A stretch of 29,138 bases of DNA from Planctomycetota bacterium (GTDB taxonomy: Bacteria > Planctomycetota > DG-23 > SLPQ01): NCBI GenBank assembly GCA_021160625.1, contig JAGHCE010000066.1, forward strand, positions 1 through 29,138. The letters are read 5' to 3'. The notes beneath the pieces are model-generated. The model searched no databases. It worked only from the letters and a program-made list of their open reading frames with translations, and was not told where the DNA came from. Shown here piece by piece: positions 16,770 to 26,771 of the stretch. How positions within the stretch are numbered: position 1 is the first letter of the stretch; each line of letters opens with the position of its first letter. The position numbers and the translations under genes were made by a program.

Positions 16770-17122
16770 GGAGGGCTTCGCCCCCTCTTTGCTATGGGGG
16801 CCACGGACGCTGTCCGAGGCAGCCAACTGACCTTCCGGAGGGCTATGTGGCACTCTAATGTAGGGTGCGGCTTGCCGCACGCGGATGGATGCGGCAATCA
16901 ACTGACCTTCCGCGGGCGAGGTGTGCCTCGCCCCTACGTATGATATGTGTGCCACGGCGGGTCTTGCCCCGCCGTGCGGATTATATTCCGCATGCGGTAA
17001 GCCAATAGGTAGGGCGGACATTCTTGTCTGCCATCATCTATTCCGCGCGCGGCAAGTTTACCCGCCGTAGAGGGCCGCGCTCTACGCATCTGCACGGCCG
17101 GACAAGACCCGCCGTGGCACAC
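16770..17122. repeat. REP-like mosaic, cluster 3
   Basis: Module A, linker K, four GTAG hairpins (16860, 16914, 17009, 17067) and a 31-bp inverted pair at 16947-16977/17092-17122. Confidence 0.88.
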
Positions 17123-17244
17123 ACGCGCGCTCCTGGGCGCTTTTTGTTACCGGGATTTAACGGTCTTGAAACACTCCTGAAACAATAGGGTGTATCATTT
17201 CGCGCTGTTTTCTGATTTGCAATGGCAAGAATGCCGGGGAGGTA

Positions 17245-18600
17245 ATGATGCAGGGATCGACAAGCGGGGACAAGACCAAGAACGCCGAGTATGTCCTCAA
17301 GACGGCAAGCGATATGAACGTGCGCTTCATCAGGCTGTGGTTCACGGACGTCTTGGGGACGCTCAAGAGCTTCGCCATTACGACTGACGAACTGGAAGGG
17401 GCACTGGCGGAGGGGATGGGTTTTGACGGTTCGTCGATAGCCGGGTTCGCGCGGATCGAGGAAAGCGATATGATGGCGCACCCGGACCCCTCGACCTTCC
17501 AGGTTTTGCCGTGGAGGCCGAAGGAACGTGGTGCCGTCGCGCGGATGATCTGCGATATCAAGAAGCCCGACGGCTCACCTTTCGAGGGTGATCCGCGCTA
17601 CGTCCTCAAGCGCAACCTCGAAAAGGCTGCCAAGCTCGGGTACACCTTTTACATCGGCCCGGAACTGGAGTACTTCTACTTCAAGGGCCACAACGGAACT
17701 GAGATTCTCGATGAGGGCGGATACTTCGACCTCACGCAGCTCGACGCCGGCAGTGACCTGCGCAGGGACACCGTGCTGACGCTGGAAGAGATGGGGATTC
17801 CCGTGGAATACTCGCACCACGAAGTCGCACCCAGCCAGCACGAGATCGACCTGCGCTACGCCGACGCCCTCACGATGGCTGACACGGCGATGACCCACAG
17901 GCTGGTGGTAAAAGAGGTCGCGCAGATGCACGGCGTGTACGCGACCTTTATGCCGAAGCCGATCTTCGGCGAAAACGGATCGGGTATGCACATCCACCAG
18001 TCACTCTTTACGGGTGACCGCAACGCCTTCTTCGACCCCCACGACCAGCACAACCTCTCCAAGATCGCCAAGCATTATATCGCCGGGCTGATCACACACG
18101 CCCGCGAGATTATCGCCGTCACGAACCAGTGGGTCAATTCCTACAAGCGGTTGGTCCCCGGCTACGAGGCGCCCGTGTACATCTCGTGGGCGCGCAGGAA
18201 CCGCTCCGCTATGATCCGTGTCCCCGAGTACAAGCCGGGCAAGGAAAAAGCCACGCGCGCTGAGTTCCGCGCGCCCGACCCTGCCTGCAACCCGTACCTG
18301 GCGTTCTCCGTGATGCTGGCCGCCGGCCTAAAGGGTATCGAGCAAGAATATGAGTGCCCCGCACCCGTCGAGGAGAATATCTACGAGATGACCCTCGAAG
18401 ATCGCAGGAAGGTCGGCATCAACACGCTGCCAGGCAACCTCTACGAGGCCATCACCGAAGTGGAAAATTCCGAGCTCGTCAGGGAGGCCCTCGGCGACCA
18501 TATCTTCGAAAAGTTCATCGCCAATAAGAAGATCGAATGGGACAGGTACAGAACGGCCGTGACCGAGTGGGAGCTCGACAGCTACCTGGCCATATTGTAG
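17245..18600 (+). CDS. glnA: Glutamine synthetase type I
   Basis: FDGSSIAGF...ESDM, HHEVAPSQHE, FMPKPIFGENGSGMH, SYKRLVPGYEAP, NRSAMIRVP, EFRAPDPACNPYL. Start is ATG 17245 or 17248. Confidence 0.97.
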   Translation: MMQGSTSGDKTKNAEYVLKTASDMNVRFIRLWFTDVLGTLKSFAITTDELEGALAEGMGFDGSSIAGFARIEESDMMAHPDPSTFQVLPWRPKERGAVARMICDIKKPDGSPFEGDPRYVLKRNLEKAAKLGYTFYIGPELEYFYFKGHNGTEILDEGGYFDLTQLDAGSDLRRDTVLTLEEMGIPVEYSHHEVAPSQHEIDLRYADALTMADTAMTHRLVVKEVAQMHGVYATFMPKPIFGENGSGMHIHQSLFTGDRNAFFDPHDQHNLSKIAKHYIAGLITHAREIIAVTNQWVNSYKRLVPGYEAPVYISWARRNRSAMIRVPEYKPGKEKATRAEFRAPDPACNPYLAFSVMLAAGLKGIEQEYECPAPVEENIYEMTLEDRRKVGINTLPGNLYEAITEVENSELVREALGDHIFEKFIANKKIEWDRYRTAVTEWELDSYLAIL

Positions 18601-18663
18601 GCCGCACCAACGGCGGTACCCGGAGAAACGGGCGCAGTAAAACCGGACGCACGCGCGGGGGGG

Positions 18664-19030
18664 GGAGGTCTTCGCCCCCTTCCTGCTACGGGGGCCACGG
18701 GCGTTGCCCGTGGCAGTCAACTGGCCTTCCGCGCACGCCAGCCAACAAGTAGGGTGGACATTCTTGTCCGCCGGCATTTATTCCGCGTGCGCTACGAGCA
18801 ATATGTGTGCCATGGCGGGGCTTGCCCCGCCGTGCGGATCATAATTCCGCGCACGCCAGCCAACAAGTAGGGTGGACATTCTTGTCCGCCGGCATTTATT
18901 CCGTGTGCGCTACGAGCGCACCCTACACAACGATGTGGGGGGCTTCGCCCCCTTCCTGCTACGGGGGCCACGGGCGTTGCCCGTGGCAGTCAACTGACCT
19001 TCCGCGGGCGAGGCAGCTGCCTCGCCCTTA
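18664..19030. repeat. REP-like mosaic, cluster 4 (order A-B-D-B-A-E)
   Basis: 64-bp copies at 18670-18733 and 18943-19006 (1 mismatch). 73-bp copies at 18727-18799 and 18845-18917 (1 mismatch). Confidence 0.9.
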
Positions 19031-19091
19031 TCCTTCATTCCAGATGTTCACCAGTTGTGTGTGGCACCATCGCATCCCGATGAAACCGCTA

Positions 19092-19120
19092 TTGACCTCA
19101 CCAGGGGCGGGAAATATCAT
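19092..19120 (+). promoter_or_regulatory. Sigma70 promoter for the oxidoreductase gene
   Basis: TTGACC-N17-TATCAT, 44 nt upstream of ATG 19165. Confidence 0.7.
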
Positions 19121-19164
19121 TGGTCGGTGTTTTCAAGCCGGTATGCATTGGAAGGAGAAATCGA

Positions 19165-20280
19165 ATGGAAAAGGTTCGCGTTGCAATCGTGGGAAGCGAA
19201 TTCGCCGCAGGGCTCCACGTACGGGCCCTCAAACGGTGCCCCTATGCCGAGGTAGTCGCCGCCTGCAGCATCGACGCGCCGAGTCTCAAGCGCTTCGTGA
19301 AGGCCAACAACATCCCCAACAAGTACGACGACTACAACAAGATGTTCGCGCGGGACGACGTGGACCTCGTGAGCCTGTGCGTGCCCAATTTCCTTCACAA
19401 GCAGGTGGGCATAGCGGCGTTGGCGGCCGGCAAGCATATCATCTGCGAAAAGCCCCTGGCCACCACCATTGCTGATGCGAAGGCCCTGATACGTGCGGCA
19501 CAGAAGTACGGCCGGAAACTGATGTACGCCGAGGACTGGCTAAATGCCCCCGCAATCCTGCGCGCAAAGGAGATAATCGACCAGGGCGGCATAGGCGACG
19601 TTCTCTACATCAAGGCCAAGGAGACACACAACGGCTCTCACAGCATATACGCGCAGAGAAAGGAATACTGCGGCGGCGGCGCGATGATCCACCTCGGCAT
19701 TCACCCGATGGCCTTCATCCGGTGGCTTGCTGGAAGTGAAATCGTCGAGGTGGCCGGGATGTGCACCGGCGGCGGCCAAAAGAACTTCTTCCACAAGAAG
19801 TACGGCGGCGAGGACTGGTCAGCGGCCTTGGTCACCCTGAAAAACGGCATTCGCGGCTTCGTTGAGGTCAACTATATCACCCACGGCGGTATGGACGACG
19901 TCATGGAGATATGCGGCACCAAGGGGGTTATGAAAATCGATATGACGTTCGGGAGCCCGATGCGCGTGTACAGCCAGCCCGGCTTCGAGTACGCAATCGA
20001 AAAGGCCGAAACAAGCAAAGGCTGGACGAGGCCTGCGGTCGACGAGGAGGCCAACCTCGGCTACGTCAGCGAAATAGCGCATTTCATAGACTGCGTGCGG
20101 TTCGACAGGGAGCCTGGCTTCGGTATGCGCGCCGAGGACGGCGCGGCCGTCCTGCAGGCGACGCTTGCAGTCTATGAGTCCGCCGCGAAGGGGAAAACCA
20201 TCAAGCTCAAACCGCTCTTCGGCAAGACCGCCGGGAAGACCAGGCCGAAGGCTAAAAAAGCCCAGGCCCGCAAGCGCTGA
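19165..20280 (+). CDS. Gfo/Idh/MocA family NAD(P)-dependent oxidoreductase
   Basis: 371 aa from ATG 19165 (SD GAAGGAG). VRVAIVGS, VDLVSLCVPNFLH, GKHIICEKPLA, GGGAMIHLGIH. Substrate unknown. Confidence 0.9.
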   Translation: MEKVRVAIVGSEFAAGLHVRALKRCPYAEVVAACSIDAPSLKRFVKANNIPNKYDDYNKMFARDDVDLVSLCVPNFLHKQVGIAALAAGKHIICEKPLATTIADAKALIRAAQKYGRKLMYAEDWLNAPAILRAKEIIDQGGIGDVLYIKAKETHNGSHSIYAQRKEYCGGGAMIHLGIHPMAFIRWLAGSEIVEVAGMCTGGGQKNFFHKKYGGEDWSAALVTLKNGIRGFVEVNYITHGGMDDVMEICGTKGVMKIDMTFGSPMRVYSQPGFEYAIEKAETSKGWTRPAVDEEANLGYVSEIAHFIDCVRFDREPGFGMRAEDGAAVLQATLAVYESAAKGKTIKLKPLFGKTAGKTRPKAKKAQARKR

Positions 20281-20292
20281 ACATCCAAACCG

Positions 20293-20540
20293 GGAGGGCT
20301 TCGCCCCCCTTTTGCTAAGGAGCCCGGCACGTTGTGCCGGGAATCCACTGACCTTCCGAAAGCTTATGCGGCACTGGTGGCTTTGTAGGGCGCGCCTTGG
20401 CGCGCGCGGAGGGCTTCGCCCCCTTTTTGCTACGGGGGCCACGGGCGTTGCCCGAGGCAATCAACCGGCCTTCCGAAAGCTTATGCGGCATTGGTGGCTT
20501 TGTAGGGCGCGCCTTGGCGCACGGGAGGGCGTCACCCCCC
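20293..20540. repeat. REP-like mosaic, cluster 5: tandem 115/116-bp units
   Basis: Units start at 20293 and 20408, with a partial unit at 20524. Each unit is module A + linker K + GTAGGGCGCGCCTTGGCGC. Confidence 0.9.
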
Positions 20541-20541
20541 C

Positions 20542-23469
20542 TTAGCTTATGTGCAGGGAGATTCCTTCTGCGCCGAATGTCTGGAAGCGATATTCGTCGC
20601 TCCAGCACTTCCGGTCGACGAACGATCCCGGCGAGACCCACGAGAGTTCCGGACCCTCGAAGTGGTGCGGGCCCAGGAGGTTTCGCAGCGTGCTGTAAAG
20701 GCGCAGGACCAGGCTGTTTTTCCCCTTGCGCAGGCCCTTGAGATCAACCTCGTAAGGCGGGTAGAGAAGCTCGCCTTGGAGGCGGCCGTTCACGATGACG
20801 TCGGCGGCACCGGCGCGCAGTTGGTTCAAAGCGAGCTTCGCCGAAGCGGGCTTGCGCGCAAGTACCACCTCCTTTTCAAGCTCCACTACACCGGCGAAAA
20901 ACGGCAGGCTGCCGGCCGTGATGTCTTCGAGGCGAACCTCTTTCGGCGCTGCGCTTATAACGAATCCTTCCCCGCGCCGACTCACGCCGAAGCGGCCCAC
21001 CACGTAGGCGCTTTCGAGCTCGAAATCCCGCCCTATACGGCTGCGAACTTCGAGCACGTTATGCCCCTGGCGGACCAAACCCGTAACGTCCACGCGGCGG
21101 AAGGCCTTGTCGACGAAGTAGGAGACCTCGCCGGATTTGCGCCGAGGGGCGACACTGGCGCCGTTGAAAAGCATCGTCCACGACTCGGCACGTTCGAGCG
21201 CTATGTAGACGGGCCCCTTGGGTACGCGCTCGACCTCGAACTCGTACCTTGCGCGTGCCACGGTGCCGGCGGCTTCGAGGTCATCGCGTGCAAAAAGGAC
21301 GTAGCGAGGCTGTGTCCACCCGTAGGAGGGGCTCGGGATGCGCACGTGGTCGAGGGTAAGGGCGTTCTCGCTAATCTTTTTCACCTTCCACGTGCCGCCC
21401 AAGTTGATGCTTCGCCTGCCGGGGGAGGGGGTCTTTTTCGGTGCGTGGTAGGCTTTCTGTCCGATGACGAAGAGCGCGCTTTCGGCCTCGGCGAGGTCCA
21501 CGGTGAAATTCAACTGCCCCTTTGCCCGCCGTGCGGTAACGGCAGAAATATTGCCGGAGGAAAGGTCGAGCCGCCCTGCGAATTTCGCCTTCCCCACAAG
21601 GCTCACCTCGGCCGTGGCGGCCTTGTCATAATCGGTGTTTGCAACAAAGAGCACTTCCTCGTCGCCGATGTCGCGCAGGTGGTAGAGTACCTTTGAGGCG
21701 TTGCGGCCGGTAATCTCCACCGGCGCCGCAGACACGCTGCGCACGCTCTGCACAAGCCCGGCAAGCTTCACGACGGGCGCTCCGGCAAGGGCCTTCCTCA
21801 GGATCGACGTGCCGCTTCGCGAACCGTCGACAAGGAGGGGCCGCCGGCCGACGACGATTACCTTGCCGCCTGCTGCGGAAAATTCGCCGAGGAGGCGTGC
21901 CGTCTCGTAACGAAGCGTGAGGCACTCCGGTACCACGACCACGCTGTAGCGGGCCTGGCCCACCTTGAAGGCGGACCCGTCAAGGGAGCCGTACTTGGCC
22001 AGGAGCGACTCGTCCCCGAAGTGAAAGTCTATATGCCCGGCAAGCAGCGTATCCACCAGCGCCGCGAAGGGCTTGTCGAGTTTTTCCACTGCCGCCTCGT
22101 CTAGCGGCGTCTTGACACACCAGCCGCTTTCGACCGGGTGCACCGCCAGGACGTCAACGACGCGCTTGCCCCGGCTCAAAAGGTACGAGAGAGTGGCGTT
22201 GCGGTCGCTCAGGGTCTTTGACTTCCTCCAGTGCGGCTGCTGGGAAGAGATGGTCGGCGGGAAGTCGCGCTTTCTCCTGCCCTGCATCGAGTAGAGCCAC
22301 AGGTGCGGGTTCAGGAGGTTGATGCCCAGCGCCAGGTGCCAGTCGGCGATCCACTTGCGGCCCTTGAGGTTGAAGTCCTGCCCGGAGCAGCCGTAGAGCT
22401 CCGAAAGGGCACGCTTCTTGCCGAGCTGGTCAGCCACGGAGGAAACCTGCTTGGCGGTCGTCGGGCTTTCGATGTTGCGGTCGAGATGATCCATCCCCGG
22501 TATCTGCATATACTCGTAGTGCGGCATAGCGGCGCCGATCCAGCGTGTCTGTCCTGAAATCCTGTCCTCGGCCATCATATGCCCGGTAAGCGCCAGAGAG
22601 TTTTCCTCACACCAGTCGTAGAGCTGCTTCATATAGCCCTCTACGAACATCTCCGTGACCGTACGGTAAAAGTCGTATCTCGCTTTGTGGAAATCTCCGC
22701 AGGGCAGGAAAAGCGACAAGACATGGGGGATGATGTCGTAGCCTCGGCGATCTTTGAAAACGCGCGGGAGGCTCGGCGTCCAGGGCAGAGCCGGCCAGGG
22801 ACTGCTGGAAAGCCGCGGCAGCGAGGGCTCGTCGGTAAATATGGCGGGGATCGTCTTGCCGAAGTCCTTACCGACCGCGGCCTTGTACTTCTCGTGCGTC
22901 TGGGCGATGAACTCCCTGGTCACGTCGGGGTCGAGGAGATCCACGTAGGACGAGCCCAGGAACCATTCATCCCCGAGGCCCATCGTGTACTGGTAGAGAT
23001 GGTAGGTGGTACCGGGGCCTTTGCCCGTATCGGCAGCGCAATCCTCCGGCAGACGAACTGCCTTGCCGCCGGAGCTTATGCGGAAAGAGGCAATCGGTTT
23101 GAAGCGGGGCCCCTTTTCGAGCACGTTTTCCGAAAGGATAAGCCACTTGCCGCGATACTTCGCACCTTTTTTTGGCACTGCCCCTCCGGCAAAGCCCGAC
23201 GGCCAGCGGTTCTCGTCGTAGAGGTAGGCGCACATCTTGAGCTTCTTCGCATGCGCGACAGAGGTCCTTACAACCTCCATCCACTTTTTTCCCATATACT
23301 CCGTGACGAGGCCCGGACGCGCATGCATAAAAAAGCCGCCCCAGCCGCCGGCGGCCATCTCGTCAATCTGGCGGCGGGCCTCCGCAGCATCGAGCACGCC
23401 GTTCCACGACCAGAAAGGCGCCTCGCGGTAAAAACTTCCTTTCTCGCGTCCTTTCATTGAAGCGGGCAT
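20542..23469 (-). CDS. Large glycoside hydrolase, GH106 (alpha-L-rhamnosidase)-like
   Basis: 975 aa. PFWSWNG, GGFFMHARPGL, YLYDENRWPSGFAGG, IFTDEP, PGMDHL, SELYG, GINLLNPH, plus a C-terminal beta-sandwich-like region. Specificity not established. Confidence 0.8.
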   Translation of the reverse strand: MPASMKGREKGSFYREAPFWSWNGVLDAAEARRQIDEMAAGGWGGFFMHARPGLVTEYMGKKWMEVVRTSVAHAKKLKMCAYLYDENRWPSGFAGGAVPKKGAKYRGKWLILSENVLEKGPRFKPIASFRISSGGKAVRLPEDCAADTGKGPGTTYHLYQYTMGLGDEWFLGSSYVDLLDPDVTREFIAQTHEKYKAAVGKDFGKTIPAIFTDEPSLPRLSSSPWPALPWTPSLPRVFKDRRGYDIIPHVLSLFLPCGDFHKARYDFYRTVTEMFVEGYMKQLYDWCEENSLALTGHMMAEDRISGQTRWIGAAMPHYEYMQIPGMDHLDRNIESPTTAKQVSSVADQLGKKRALSELYGCSGQDFNLKGRKWIADWHLALGINLLNPHLWLYSMQGRRKRDFPPTISSQQPHWRKSKTLSDRNATLSYLLSRGKRVVDVLAVHPVESGWCVKTPLDEAAVEKLDKPFAALVDTLLAGHIDFHFGDESLLAKYGSLDGSAFKVGQARYSVVVVPECLTLRYETARLLGEFSAAGGKVIVVGRRPLLVDGSRSGTSILRKALAGAPVVKLAGLVQSVRSVSAAPVEITGRNASKVLYHLRDIGDEEVLFVANTDYDKAATAEVSLVGKAKFAGRLDLSSGNISAVTARRAKGQLNFTVDLAEAESALFVIGQKAYHAPKKTPSPGRRSINLGGTWKVKKISENALTLDHVRIPSPSYGWTQPRYVLFARDDLEAAGTVARARYEFEVERVPKGPVYIALERAESWTMLFNGASVAPRRKSGEVSYFVDKAFRRVDVTGLVRQGHNVLEVRSRIGRDFELESAYVVGRFGVSRRGEGFVISAAPKEVRLEDITAGSLPFFAGVVELEKEVVLARKPASAKLALNQLRAGAADVIVNGRLQGELLYPPYEVDLKGLRKGKNSLVLRLYSTLRNLLGPHHFEGPELSWVSPGSFVDRKCWSDEYRFQTFGAEGISLHIS

Positions 23470-23570
23470 ACAATTTCCCTCCAGTGTTCATACCTCGTCG
23501 GGGGCAAAAAAACACTTGCGGCAGCCGCCCGGCCGCTTTGCGTCTTCAATACATATTCTTACCCTTGGAC

Positions 23571-23599
23571 AGGCTAAACAGCCCCAGTGCCCCTGTCAA
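23571..23599 (-). promoter_or_regulatory. Sigma70 promoter for the glycoside hydrolase gene
   Basis: Minus strand TTGACA-N17-TAGCCT, about 100 nt upstream of ATG 23469. Confidence 0.6.
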
Positions 23600-23654
23600 G
23601 TCTCTAAGTAACTCCAAGTGTAAGCAATCTGGTTGCCCGGTAGGATCGAGGCGT

Positions 23655-23781
23655 GTTTACCCGCCGTGGAGGCACGCCGCGCCCGCACAAGGCCAGACAA
23701 TATGGCGTGGGGGCGCTGGTTCATTTGCGCCTACAAGCAAGGCGCATAAAAAATATCGGGCGCGATAAATCGCGCCCCTAC
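23655..23781. repeat. REP-like mosaic, cluster 6
   Basis: GTTTACCCGCCGTGGAGG (compare 17056 and 26611). GTAG hairpins on the minus strand at 23712-23734 and 23758-23781 (GTAGGGGCGCGATTTATCGCGCCC). Confidence 0.75.
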
Positions 23782-23839
23782 AGAGCCGCCTGCATATGAA
23801 AACGGATGAAACTACAGCAACCAAGGAATAAAAAAAGAG

Positions 23840-23912
23840 AGCCCACGGTGGGATTCGAACCCACAACCTGCGCATTACGAATGCGCCGCTCTACCGACTG
23901 AGCTACATGGGC
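23840..23912 (-). tRNA. tRNA-Thr(CGT), CCA not encoded
   Basis: Acceptor stem GCCCATG/CGTGGGC, D-arm TAGCTCAGTCGGTAGAGC, anticodon arm GCGCA-TTCGTAA-TGCGC, T-loop GGTTCGAATCC. Followed by a T-run. Confidence 0.96.
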
Positions 23913-23998
23913 TTGGTTGCCGTTCTTGCAATATGGGCCAAACTGCCCGTGCAGCCAGAATACTACCCACGGCCCCGGCCAAAGTCAAGAACACGGGG

Positions 23999-24088
23999 GG
24001 AGGGCTTCGCCCCCTTTTTGCTAAGGGGGCCGCAGACGTTGTCTGCGGCAAGCATCTGACCTTCCGCGGGCGAGACATTACCTCGCTA
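23999..24088. repeat. REP-like mosaic, cluster 7 (module A plus degenerate hairpin)
   Basis: GGAGGGCTTCGCCCCC...CCGCAGAC-GTT-GTCTGCGG...CTGACCTTCCGCGGGCGAG...CTCGCTAC. Confidence 0.82.
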
Positions 24089-24123
24089 CAACTGATGTGC
24101 CGTGCCGCGGCGCGTATTCCGCA

Positions 24124-24151
24124 TTGTCTGCGGGGCGTAAGACTGTATAAT
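24124..24151 (+). promoter_or_regulatory. Sigma70 promoter for trpBA
   Basis: TTGTCT-N16-TATAAT (perfect -10), 43 nt upstream of the trpB ATG. Confidence 0.65.
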
Positions 24152-24194
24152 ACGTGTTTCGGCCTGGGACTTGTGTTAAGAAAGGCGGCAGCGA

Positions 24195-25400
<1,206 letters not shown>

Positions 25401-25410
25401 GAAACGAGAA

Positions 25411-26214
25411 ATGAGCCGAATCGAAGACACCTTCGCAAAACTCGCCGACAGCGGCCAAAAGGCCTTTATGCCCTTCATCACCGCCTGTGACCCGTCAGTC
25501 GAGACTACGGTGGAGATAGTGGTCGCGCTGGAAGCGGCAGGGGCCGACATCGTGGAACTGGGCGTGGCCTACAGCGATCCGCTGGCCGACGGTCCGGTGA
25601 TACAGGATTCCTACCACCGGGTTCTTTCCGCCGGGGGAACGGTTGCGGATTTCTTTCGGACGGTGCGCGAGATCCGCAAGCGCTCGCAAATCCCCATCGC
25701 CGCGATGGTGACGTACACGATTGTCTGGAAGGTCTCCCCGGAAGAATTCGTCGAAAAGGCATCCCAGGCGGGTGTCGACGCGCTTATAGTTCCCGACCTG
25801 CCGCCGGAAGAGGCACAGCGGCTTGTTGAAGCGGCAGGGGAAAAGGGCCTCGGCGTCATCTTCCTGGCGGCGCCTACCACGACTCCCGAGCGCATCAAGA
25901 AGATAGTCGCCGTTTCGGCGCCGTTTATCTACTACGTCAGCGTCGTCGGCACGACCGGCGCGCGCGACGCGCTCCCTCGCGAGCTTGCCGGCGGCGTCGC
26001 CGCGGCCAAGGCCCTTACCGACAAGCCGGTAGTCGTGGGTTTCGGGGTTTCAAGCCCTGAGACCGCCGCCGCAGTGGCGAAAATCGCCGACGGCGTCATA
26101 GTAGGCAGCGCCATCGTGCGCGTAATCACCGAGAACGCCTCGAAATCCCCCAAGGAAATCGCCGCCGCCGTTGCCGACTTCGCCCGCCCCATCGCCGAGG
26201 CAGTCAAGGCATAG
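25411..26214 (+). CDS. trpA: Tryptophan synthase alpha chain
   Basis: ATG 25411 ten nt after the trpB stop. ELGVAYSDPLADGPVIQ, PDLPPEE, YYVSVVGTTG, VGFGVS and DGVIVGSA motifs. Confidence 0.97.
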   Translation: MSRIEDTFAKLADSGQKAFMPFITACDPSVETTVEIVVALEAAGADIVELGVAYSDPLADGPVIQDSYHRVLSAGGTVADFFRTVREIRKRSQIPIAAMVTYTIVWKVSPEEFVEKASQAGVDALIVPDLPPEEAQRLVEAAGEKGLGVIFLAAPTTTPERIKKIVAVSAPFIYYVSVVGTTGARDALPRELAGGVAAAKALTDKPVVVGFGVSSPETAAAVAKIADGVIVGSAIVRVITENASKSPKEIAAAVADFARPIAEAVKA

Positions 26215-26243
26215 GCTTGCCAAAGAGCGTCAACAACAGGGGC

Positions 26244-26763
26244 GACAGGCAGGAATGCCTGTTCTACTTGTGGATGCGGCACCGTAGGCGACAGGCAGGA
26301 ATGCCTGTCCTACCCGGCAAAAAGGGGACAGTATTGCTCTGTTGAAAACAGTGTGCCACTCGTGGCTAATCCACCAGTAGGGGGGTTTCGCCCCCTTCCT
26401 GCTGCTACGGCCACTGGCGTTGCCCGTGGCAGTCCGCTGACTTTCCGCGGGCGCGATGAATCGCGTCCCTACAGAGGCTATGTGGCACTGGTGACTTTGT
26501 AGGATGGGCTTTAGCCCACGAGGTGAATTCTCGCTGTTCATTCCGCGTGCACCAGCCAACAGGTAGGGCGGACATTCTTGTCTGCCGTCGTTATTCCGCG
26601 GGCGCGGCAAGTTGACCCGCCTTGGAGGGCGGCGTCCCTACGATGCTATGTGGCACTGGCGACGCGGTAGGGCGCGGCTTGCCGCGCGCGGGATAAACAA
26701 GGGGCGCGCTTTATCGCACGAGCAAGCGAGGGAATGTTGCTGGGCGCAACGCATTGCGCCCCT
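26244..26763. repeat. REP-like mosaic, cluster 8 (largest and most diverse)
   Basis: GTAG-type hairpins at 26244, 26290, 26449, 26499, 26563, 26624, 26667 and 26742, joined by modules A, B, J and linker K. Confidence 0.9.
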
Positions 26764-26771
26764 GCGCGAGG

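Noticed and set aside
16586-17122. ORFs across repeat clusters (also 18328-18777, 18807-19475, 20165-20641, 26230-26610)
   Set aside because: They share peptides such as CYGGHGRCPWQST only because they translate the same repeat modules.
17145-17162. Canonical GlnR/TnrA box upstream of glnA
   Set aside because: Spacer is 8 rather than 7 nt and the right arm mismatches. Kept only as an unassigned dyad.
18670-19006. CRISPR array interpretation of the direct repeats (also 20293-20540)
   Set aside because: Repeat units are 64-116 bp, there are no unique regularly sized spacers, copy number is 2 and no cas genes are present.
23840-23912. tRNA-Thr as the attachment site of the phage-like block
   Set aside because: It is 15 kb away behind core genes, and I saw no duplicated tRNA 3' fragment or integrase in the window.
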